Positions 54,629 through 64,000 of a stretch of 64,000 nt of DNA are shown here, piece by piece. The DNA comes from Guillardia theta CCMP2712. Lineage: Eukaryota > Protista > Cryptophyta. Each line of letters begins with the position of its first letter. Position 1 is the first letter of the stretch. The notes beneath the pieces were generated by a model, which was not told where the DNA came from, made no database searches, and saw nothing but the letters and a program-made list of their open reading frames with translations. The stretch is from NCBI RefSeq assembly GCF_000315625.1, contig NW_005434618.1, positions 207,038-271,037 on the forward strand. Direction: 5' to 3'. Position numbers and translations under genes: made by a program.

Positions 54629-56489
54629 ATGCATAGCCGAAGCAATAGGAGGAGCGGATGGGAGGAGGAGCTGGGATGGGAGAGGAGCAGAAGAGAAGTA
54701 GCGGAGGCACGAGAAGATGCAAGGGAAGCACGAAACCGAGCGACTCGTCTCCTGGATAAGCTTAAGGTCCTTGAGCAGGAAAAGTTCACACTATTGGCCA
54801 GTCAGCAACTACTCTCGCGCCGCTGCTACGAGTTACAGAAACTTGTGGATTCGCAATCGAATTCATCAGATCATCAGGAAAAAGTCTCAAGTGAAAACCT
54901 GGAGGAGAAGATGAGAGTTCTTGAACTTGAGAACGAGAGCCATCTTAGGGATGAAATCATTTCATTGCTCCACGCCGATCACAGTACCACGAAAGCGGTT
55001 TATTCGGCAAAGATTCAGGAATTCAATGAATTCATGGAATCAGCCAAGCATAAGATCGATTCTGTTGAAAGAGTGAAGACGGATCTCCTCAGTGAATTTC
55101 GTTCTTTGTCGCCGAAGCTATCATCCCGCCTGGAGGAAGTGTCTACGCGCATGAAGCAACAATTGCTTCTGGAGAAAACGTTGAGAATACGCAAGGAGGA
55201 AGAAGTAACAAGACTGAGCCTCATCCAAAAAGAATCCGACACAGCACGTGCTAAATTACAATCGGACATAGCACAATGCAAACGCGAGTGTAGTAAGGTC
55301 ACGTAACTTGGATTCCTCCGTCTACTTTCCTGATTAGATGGAGTGCAGAACGAAGAAAGGGTGAAGGAGTTGCAGCAAGAGCTCTTCAACCAGAAGCTTG
55401 AGGTCTGCGACTTATGATGCTCCTTGCCCCTCCCCATGCTGTTATAATTGATTGTTCTTCCAATCACACAAAAGGCTGCGAAATTCACAAGGGTCAAGGA
55501 GGACTTCGATAGCTCTCAACATGCTACAACGGCATTGAAAAGGTACAAACAGATGTAAAAGCTACTTCTCTAATGACTGAGCAGCGAAATTGAGAGTCTG
55601 CGAAGCAACTTGCGAACACTTGAGCTAGATCTGTATGAGGCTAAGAGAGAATCAAGAGCAGCAGCACAAGCAAGGTTCGCTTCTTTGCTCAGAACCGTCG
55701 ATTTACTCACATCTTGATCATAGAGACGAGGCTATGGAGAAAGTCTCGTCCCTGAGCAGATCACTCGAGCATTCAGAAAAGATGCTCTCACATCTCGGAA
55801 GCGACCGAGTGCCGGGCTCGCTTGAAAGGGAACACACTAAAGAAACGCAAAAACTCAAACGCCTCTTGGAAGACAGTCAGCGGAAGTGCTCGCTCCAAGA
55901 GGAGGAAATGAGACAATTGACAGCTGAACTCAGCTCACTGAAGCGGAGCTGTAATGATAGATGCTCCTGTTGAACTCTCAGACGCTGAAACTCTTGCAGC
56001 GACTCCTGTCTGCACCAACTGCGAGAAATTGAGGTTCGGAACGGTAATGTGTGCAGGGCATAGCTAACCTGGTGACGGCAGGATCAATTTGTCATCTTGC
56101 CATGACAGCATTGAGCTCTTGGAGAAGGAATTGTCGTCGGTACGGCAACATCGTGGCCAGTCGTTGACAGGCCAAAGAGCCCAGCCAAGAGGTTTCTCAG
56201 CTAATCCAGACGCTGAAAGAGCAGCTCCATCAAGAGCTTTACGTAACGGCTGAAGTTGTGAGGGTGCGGGCTGACTTGGAATGTAGACCCGCGGGGAGAT
56301 GGAGGCCTCTCTGCGATCTTTACATGACGCAAACAGCTCTATGTTGAGGTTCTGCGCTGCGATGGTATGCGCGTTCTGACGTGAATTTCAAGTTTGGTGT
56401 CGAAAGCTTATCAATGTTGGCAAAGAAAGGAGATGGACAAGCTCGCCCTCGTGCTGCAGTCAATCCTTGAGAATGGCAAACCTCGTTAG
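54629..56489 (+). CDS. Hypothetical coiled-coil protein, multi-exon
   Basis: ATG 54629 (MHSRSNRR); E/K/R/L-rich helical exons (EVAEAREDAREARNRATRLLDKLKVLEQEK; KLKRLLEDSQRKCSLQEEEMRQLTAELSSLK) separated by short GT-AG introns; plausible last exon ...QSILENGKPR* at 56489. Confidence 0.65.
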
Positions 56490-56582
56490 GCTCGTTGGGC
56501 AGCATGGTGTTGTAGTGTATGCAATGTGTTACGAGGTACATCAAGGTTGAGTAAAGAATATTTTGAGAATGACATACAAAGA

Positions 56583-58712
56583 CTAAGATTGCAGGAACTG
56601 ATCTGAAATCCTACTACCTGGAGGCCCGCAAGCTTGCATCTTGTTGTGAGTTTGACTCGCCTCTTTCTCCCCACCTGCCAAAGACAGATCCCCCCGGTGA
56701 GGCAGATGGGCTTCCGACATTTTCTCCGCTTTCTCTTCCTCTGGCACTGAGCGGACTGGAAAATGATCAGGCGGGTATGAGACACAAGATTGACGTACCG
56801 GAACCTCGCCGAGATGACGGTGTTGATGCCCTCCTGCGTTGCCTGTACGGCCCCATACAGCTGGTGAAGTGGTCAGATGGAGCTCTACGGCAGGAGCCCA
56901 CGAACCTTCTGATGCTGCTCGGAGCCGTACACGTGAATGTCGTCGCGCAGGTCCTGAAAGAGCTCAAGTTAAACTGTTGCGGCTATTCGCGATGGTTCAC
57001 CTGTACACGAAACGGGTCTGCCAGATTGTGGCGAATCTGCTGGAACTTCGTTTCCTTCCCCATGTTTTGTCGCTGTCCGTTGATGTCCTACAAGTAGCAT
57101 AAACTTTTGACCGAATCTCAAGGAACTGAACTCACCTCTATGTCTACAAATTCTTCCACTGGGAAAGCGTAATGGAACAACAACGAGACCACGACCATCT
57201 CTACACACACGAGCAGCTCTTGAATAGCTTCGACTATGCTGTCTGATGAAAAGCTTCCCGAAGCCGGGATGTACCCAAGGTAAGCCAGTAGTCCAAGCAG
57301 CATGCCTTGCCAGAAGCAGAAGAAAACCACAGCTTTGACAATGAAGAACTTCAAGACTGGGTTGTACGGTCCCAATTCATCTTTCAAGGTCAAGTAGAAC
57401 ATGAGCAAACAGTACAATGCCCACATCTGTGACATGTTGCTAAAGAAAAACACATAAAAGTGCAACCGGGCAAGGCTGAATGTGTTTGGACCGTAAATCC
57501 CAGCAGCACCCGATACAAAGGTGATCAGAGCACAAGTTGGCTTCACCAAGACGTATTGCAACGCTCCGTACTTGCAACTGTAGAACATCTCAGCTCCCAT
57601 TTCCCATGGTTCAAGCCAATGAAGTGGGAAGATCATCTGCATTTGTGGTTTCTTTTCCAACATTTCGATCACAGCTCGTTCCCCCCCAAGAAGCACGATC
57701 AATAGCTTCAGGAAGTTGTAGATTGTGAAAGCTTCATAGCAATCTCTGAAGACGTCGATGTATGTAGTAGCCCATCCAACGAAAGTCAGAGCAAGCAAAG
57801 AATCAACAGCGTAAATCGGGGCCATGAACAAAATCCTGACTACGTACTTCTGAGTGTCTGGACATGCGTAGTAGTCTAGGTGACGCAGAATGAGGCTTGT
57901 AGAGATCAACATGGTGGAGATGACACAGAGAGCAGCTGTAAACCACGCCAGGTATGTCAACGGGATCCTCTTGTACTCCAGACCGGTCCATGGACCGGGC
58001 GGCTCACTTTCCACTGCCTCGTACCTGCTGCTCTCATTTAATCCTGCCCCTTCGATGGTTTCAGGGATTTTCGGAGCATCTGGGTTACTGTAAAACTGCA
58101 ACTTGTTCTTGTTGGATTTTAAGGGTTTCTCTTCTTTCTCTTTCGATCTTGAGGCCTCCGCCTGGTCGAGTTCAATCAGAGACAAAACAATCGATAAAAA
58201 AAACTTACCTCCGCAGCCTGCTGGACGATTTTCGAGATGACATGAGTCAACTCCTTAGACAGCTTAGATGGAATCAAAGGAGCATCTTTTGCCTCTGAGC
58301 TCTTCAATTTCATTTTCTTCCCATTTTGCAGGCGATTGAAAACTCCATGGCCCGATGTGTTGCGAGCATTAACAGCACTTTTATCATCATTGAACGATGT
58401 TTGGTTCCTGGCCGTTGAAACAGACTTCTTATGCTCAGTCAAATTCAATTTAGGAGAATCGCTTTCTATATGCTTTGCGATGATGCGGGAGAGAGCATCG
58501 CTCTTCACTTTAGCCCTTAGATGCTGAGTGATGTTTCCTTTCAAAAAACCCTCTTGGAGCTGCGAAGCAGCCAGGAACGGCAAAGTTGAGCTTCCATGTG
58601 CCACACCGTGTGAGATTGTCCAAACTGCAGCACTGAAAGCCAGTGCAACAAGCAGCGAAGCAACCGCATGAGGGCGGAGGCGCCTGCGGTCGCTGGAACG
58701 GAAACTGCCCAT
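56583..58712 (-). CDS. TMEM184: TMEM184 / OST-alpha (DUF300) family membrane protein, multi-exon
   Basis: QKYVVRILFMAPIYAVDS, DVFRDCYEAFTIYNFLKLL, GALQYVLVKP, WALYCLLMFY, KFFIVKAVVFFCFWQG, QELLVCVEM, HYAFP. Upstream exon starts at 58712; the 3' end is inferred from short introns. Confidence 0.9.
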
Positions 58713-58923
58713 GGCTTGGAATGCAAGACGGAGAGACAGGGAAAGCGGTCAAGGTCGGGGGATCAATGTCCCACAGTGGATGATTCAGATCATATCATGG
58801 AAGTAGCTAGTGAGGAGTGAAACTCTCACGACACGCGCTTTCTGCCGCCGACAATCAGCATCATCATCGCCCTCTCTCCATGGCCATCGGCCGACAAGAT
58901 TTCCCAAAATAGCCGAGCCCGCA

Positions 58924-60559
58924 TCAGGATACAAAATTCAAACAGGCCCGCCTCAGACCAAAATCGTCGGACATCAGACTGGGCATCCGTTTCCGCCGGA
59001 AGTTCGGTACTACACGGTGCAGGACAGTGGCGAGAGCGAAACTGATCACTTCGAGTGTTTTCCGAAGTTCACTAGATGTACACTGACTCGAGTTATCAAG
59101 GCTCAACGCCGAAACTAATCTTGTCTCGAATGGGTTTGTCCAGGAGAACCTTGGAAGATAAGAAGATGAGAATGAGACAATTCGATACCAGTCCAAGTTT
59201 GCTTACCGCTGAGAAGAGCATTTCAAGGACAGGAATAACACCTGCGAGAAAAGTGAATGAAGGCTGAACGCTCAGGGAAGATCATTCAGAATTACTTGCG
59301 CGAGAGATAAATGTCCATATTGCTGAAACGGCTCCATCGTAATCTTGAACCTGGCAAGCTTTCACACAGGAACTGAGAGGATTTAACACAGTACGTAAAT
59401 CCTCTTGAAAAGCCCCGGGCTGTGCTCGAGCACGGATCTCTACATGAAGGGTGTTAGCTCGCGACTTGCTGAAAGGGCATTCTTGTGATACAGCAGGAGG
59501 ATATGTTGCGATGTTGACTGGATTAAAGATCTGAAGAATCATTGCAGAAACTCTCCTCACTCCAATCTCCTGCATGAAAACATCGGCAATGCTAAGAGTC
59601 TGCCTGGGAGAATTTACCATGACCAAATGCTCTACAAACCCCTTGAGTAGGTCCTTCTGCCCTGAACCTGTATCTGAAGGTTTGATACTGAGAATCAAAT
59701 CTGCCTGTCAAAATCAAGTCAGACGACTTGTCGTTACACCTGCAATACGCAAACATTGCTACCTGCTTGTTCACGCCGACTTTGAACTTCCTCCGTCCAA
59801 TTTCACAAGCATCGGCAAATCCATCGAGGAGCTCTGAAGCATTGAGGAAGGGTGGAAAGAGTTCGTCAGTCCTCAGGGCATCAATGTGGGGGCTGCTTAC
59901 CTTGCAACGACAAAGACTCGTTTGAAGCCTCGAGATGTAGTGAGAGGACTGGGCTTGAGCTGTCTTCCCTCCACTTCCATACAGCTAGGGCTGCAGGGGG
60001 CGCAGAGCTTTTGAAATCATCGAGGTGAAAGCCCCTCTCATATCGCCAGCAAGCATGCTCAACGAGGAACTTGTACGAATCATCCAACACCTTCACCTCT
60101 TGTCACTCCTACTTATCATAGTTTATGAGACTGAACCGGGTCGTGAGAATCTAGCATCTGCAGCCTCCAGTCGTGTCCGTAGATATTTCGAGAGCGAGCA
60201 CGTAAAAACCTGAGAATCTCTTCGTCCGATAAGTTCCTTATCCATTCAAGATCCTTTGTCCTCTTTCCTTTCTCCATCTCATTTTCTTCTTCGCACAAGC
60301 TCCGGATGCGACTGCGAAGCCCCGACATGGTTCGAAGTTCAGAGAGTCCTGCGTTTTCTATCCCACTGCCACTGGCACACATCAAACTGGAAGCGACAAG
60401 GGATGGTGATCTCCTACGCGGCAAAGTTGAAGGCCTCCGAGTGCACGTCTTTGCAAACGATAACAAACTCGACGGATCTTTGATGAAGGTTGAGCGAAAA
60501 GCTGAGACGCAAAGCGCAGAGCTCGTCAGGAGGATGAGGCAAAAGTTGAGTGAGATCAT
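58924..60559 (-). CDS. Divergent CRAL-TRIO/SEC14-like protein with probable bipartite plastid-targeting leader
   Basis: MISLNFCLILLTSSALCVSA-FRSTF followed by a Ser/Arg-rich transit-like segment; LSDEEILRFLRAR and YKFLVEHACWR (CRAL_TRIO_N-like); AVSAIWTFISR and LDKPIRDKISF (CRAL-TRIO C-terminal-like). 3' end approximate. Confidence 0.6.
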
Positions 60560-60819
60560 TCCAGCTGTAGCCCAGCTCTGCTTCAAGTGTAGGAACGTGT
60601 TCTTGTCCGAGGTAGCATCCTTACTCTCACTCCCCCCTCCTTGTATGTCTCCACCTGCAGGTCTGCTGCCCTCGCCTCTCATGCCTCTTTGATATCGGAT
60701 TTCTTGCTATTTAATTTGCTGTCTCGACTACATTATAGGCTCATCCATGAGGCGAGCTTGCATCGCTTTCGGAGGGCAAACTTGATTCTTGCTGGGGAAG
60801 GTGATGCAGCAAGCGGATG

Positions 60820-60985
60820 TGAGAGGGAGGAAGGAGGGAGAGTGAAGGGGTTCAGGGTTGAGAGGGAAAGAGGAAGGAAGGCAGTGAAGTAGGAAGAGGA
60901 GAAGAAAGGGCGGAGAGGAGAAAGGAAGGAAGAACGATACGATGAAGGTGCAGGGAAAGGACGGGAAGGAAATGAAGGGGATGTA
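60820..60985. repeat. GA-rich low-complexity tract
   Basis: gagagggaggaaggagggag...gaaggaagg...ggaaggaagaa. Confidence 0.8.
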
Positions 60986-61199
60986 CAGATTATCATTCCC
61001 TCCTGTCCACGAGGAGACAGATGAACATCTTATATATAAACAGAACTTGAGCATTGTAGATACGATTCTTCATTCATGGTTCATGTCTGTCTATCTGTGA
61101 AAAAGATTACAAGCCACCCGATTGCTTACTGCAGGGATTTTGATTGTACTGCAGGGCTGTGATGGATAGTACGAGAAGGCTTCAGGATTGTACAGGGTT

Positions 61200-62796
61200 C
61201 GGAACCCACCAAAAATAAATCACATTCAAACATCATCCAAGTTCTACCGCCATAATGTACATCACAGTCACGACGAGACTTTCGATTGTTGCGTCCTCGA
61301 CTCCAACACCTGTCAGCGGGTCAAACGGCTCATCGTCTGACATCAGCCTCCACCTCGTCCAACGCTTCGACTGACATACGTACAGGAGCCTCGGGCAGCT
61401 GATGCTCATCCCTGCAATGCGATCCGCTGAAAATTCACATGGGAAGAGTTAGCAAGACTTGCCGTCCTTGTAGTCAGAGGATCGCACACCTACAGCATGA
61501 CCCGCGGTGCTTTCTGTTGATGACCATTTTCCACATGCTCCTCTGCCATCTGCATTCCTCTTCAGGCTCCATGAACGTATCCATCCCACCTGCTCTTACC
61601 TACTCGCATCTTTCTCGCACAGAAAGATGGTCACCCGTGGGCGCAGCCTTATCTTCGGGAGCGCAAGTATCCAGCTGGTTATCCTGTCCTCAACGGCAAA
61701 GGGGACGATGGAGAAGGCAATGACTCTGCACCACAAGAAAAACACCTCGGAACCCCAGAACTGCACGGAAATGCTCATCAACAGCACAAGGAACAAGGCC
61801 ATGGGGGAGCCTCACAATCCACACGATGAGCATCGTAGGTGCTCCAAACAGGATGAAGAAGATACAAGGGATCCAGTTGACACGTTGACCAGAGTTTGGT
61901 TCGAAATGCCCGCTGTTCAAGGAGGTTTCAGCTGGGCATGACACAAATATGGAGATCAGCTCACCTGATCAGATAGGTCGAGACTGTCACCAGCCACCCG
62001 AAGAACATCACAAATCCGAACTAGAAGAAAGAGACGGAATAAGACGAGGAGGGGTGGTCCATAGACAGGTAGATGTACCCTAACAAGTATGCTCTGCCAG
62101 CTGTCTGCCGACGAGCTCAGGAAGGGAGGCAATCTTGGTTCAGCTATTGGCCATTTCTGCATGCCCCAGCTTCCTTGGGCTGTGCAGTGACTCCACCACC
62201 TTCCATGAGAGTCAGTAAGACCTATAAGACGATCGGACGTACCCGAGAGCGATGGCTGCCAGTACGTAGAAAGTTACGACGACGAGGATTAAGCGCATTG
62301 CGTCGTTCACTTTGGTTACGATGCCCCTGCGAAGTTCTGCAGACTTGAGGTACAAGCTTTCAATCTCCTCGATATCGTTCTTGTCTATCTTGGTCGAACT
62401 ATCATCGCCGTCATCGTCCTGCTCCACCTGACTTTCCTCCTCGGATTTCATTATCTCCCCAGTTTCGAGGGATTCTTCCTTTAGATTTTCAATCAGCTTC
62501 TCTGACCAGGCGATCTGCTTCTCTTCATCATTTATGCCCCATTCGAGGAGGCCGATTGGGAGGTAAAGCACTATCAGGCTGATCAGCGTGGAGATCAGAA
62601 CGTTGGTTGCAGAGCACATCTTGCTGTCAGTGCTAACTGGCATCGCTGCGCTCATCATGTGGAGGAGGACGAAGGGAGCGACCCCCTTCGCTACCTTCAT
62701 CTTCCCTCGCTGCATGGCCAGACCCAACCCCGCAGCCTCCATGGCGAGCAGACACCATGACAGGAACCCCGCCACCACACTAACCAAATCCGCCAT
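61200..62796 (-). CDS. Hypothetical multi-pass membrane protein with an apparent 1-bp frameshift near 61805
   Basis: Hydrophobic exons at 62796-62243, ~62198-61965 and ~61930-61635 with GT-AG introns between. 3' end unresolved. Confidence 0.5.
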
Positions 62797-62990
62797 GCCC
62801 CTGACGCCTGTCCTGATACGCGCTACTTCTTCAAGCCCGCCTCATGAAATGTTAGACAATATATTGAGGACAGCATGAGGGGAACCGGCCAGCAGTTGCT
62901 TCAGTTCGTTTCGTTTCTCCATGGCATGGGCTGGCGGCATCCACGATGCCATCGACCGAGTTCATGAGAGGCTTCGAGATGACCGGGTGA

Positions 62991-63155
62991 TTCCCTCCTC
63001 CCATCCTCCTCCCTTTCCTCCTCCCTCCTCCCTCCTCCCCTCCTCCCTCCTCCCATCCTCCCTCCTCCCTCCTCCCTCCTCCCTCCTCCCTCCTTTCTTC
63101 CCTCCCTCCCTCCCTCCACCCGTTTCCCCACCCTCTGCCTCTTGCTCTCCCTTCC
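62991..63155. repeat. CT-rich (CCT/CCCT) low-complexity tract
   Basis: ccctcctcccatcctcctccctttcctcctccctcctccctcctcc... Confidence 0.9.
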
Positions 63156-63399
63156 CTGTCGGCCTTCCCTTGTGTCAACTTTCTCCTGCCATCTCCACTT
63201 GCCCTATCGTCACGTCCAGCAGCATGCTGACATTCTGGAGCAGCAGGGGTCGCCCTCTCCTCCTCTTCCCTCGTGAGCATGCAGCACCATGATCGCCTGC
63301 TCTTATCCTTGAGTGCAGGGGCGGCAACGACAAAGACCCTCCACGAGCTGCAGTTGGGAAGCGACCCAAATCCTCGACTGTCAGCAGAGCGAAGCCGCG

Positions 63400-64000
63400 A
63401 TGGTCAGTCCCCGCCAGGTCGACGAGTCTGTTGTGCTACGATCGTGTCTTAAGGCCCTCCAGGAAGCCTTCACCTGGGGAGTTCGTCACCGACCTCGAGC
63501 GGCAGTTTCAGGTACATGGTGGGAGCGGACGTGCCAAGTTGACAGGGTGAGAAGGAGGCGATGGAGTTGAAGCGAGGGAGAGAGTTTGCCAGGGATGCAT
63601 CTCCCACGGAGAAGAGCAGCGATATATTACGACCATGGTGAGCCATGTAGGGTTCGTCGGTCAGCTCGGAGTGATGGACGTGAAGGTGGGAGCGGAACGA
63701 GGTTGAAGGTCGTCGATCGAGGAGTGTCAAGGTTTGACACTTGTCAGAGGTTCACGTCTCATGGACATAGCAGGATGACAGAGGAGAACGACGAGGAAGC
63801 GGCGGGCTCGCACCATCGTCAGAGTCGATTCGATCCAGATCTCCTTTCCAGTATCCTGAGCCGCCGCACAACCCGGGCAAGCGGGGGATAAGACCATACA
63901 GTGCGTCGAGGGGAGTCAAATCCTTTGACGAGAAGGCACTCTTCGTCGCAGAGGTGGAGGAGACGCTTGGTAACAGAGTGACAGGCTATCCGCCAAGAGA
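63400..64000 (+). CDS. 5' part of a possible hypothetical gene running off the window end
   Basis: Open exon-like frame ~63782-63969 (GERRGSGGLAPSSESIRSRSPFQYPEPP...FDEKALFVAEVEETL) bounded by AG and GTAAC. Start uncertain. Confidence 0.3.

Noticed and set aside
62852-63292. Glu/Gly-rich and Pro/Ser-rich ORFs on both strands
   Set aside because: Translations of the CT-rich low-complexity tract.

Overview
Eukaryotic nuclear DNA, gene-dense, with very short GT-AG introns (mostly 44-55 nt). One gene has a signal-peptide+Phe bipartite leader, suggesting an alga with a red-derived secondary plastid (cryptophyte-like; inference only). Bases 1-39333 hold the 3' part of one giant gene (>13,000 codons, open from base 1): roughly 120 IPT/TIG-like Ig domains, then Cys-rich GCC2_GCC3-type repeats, about 11 hydrophobic segments and a tail of five acidic-linker/amphipathic-helix repeats. 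The IPT region is a copy-paste mosaic. It has three independent near-identical tandem arrays (825, 792 and 819 bp, each exactly three domains), dispersed pasted tracts of 35 bp to 2.3 kb and sharp GC-rich/AT-rich switches. All three reading-frame breaks lie on the edge of a pasted tract. A second large surface protein (- strand, 54026-44497) has 22 bacterial-type Ig-like repeats, an EGF-like domain and a ZU5-like domain with an HFS autoproteolysis-like motif before a single TM helix. The rest contains a CFAP97-like gene, an S10 serine carboxypeptidase, an alpha/beta hydrolase, a coiled-coil protein, a TMEM184 protein, a probable plastid CRAL-TRIO protein and hypothetical genes. No RNA genes, CRISPR arrays or transposases were recognised. 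All domain calls come from reading motifs by eye, without database searches.
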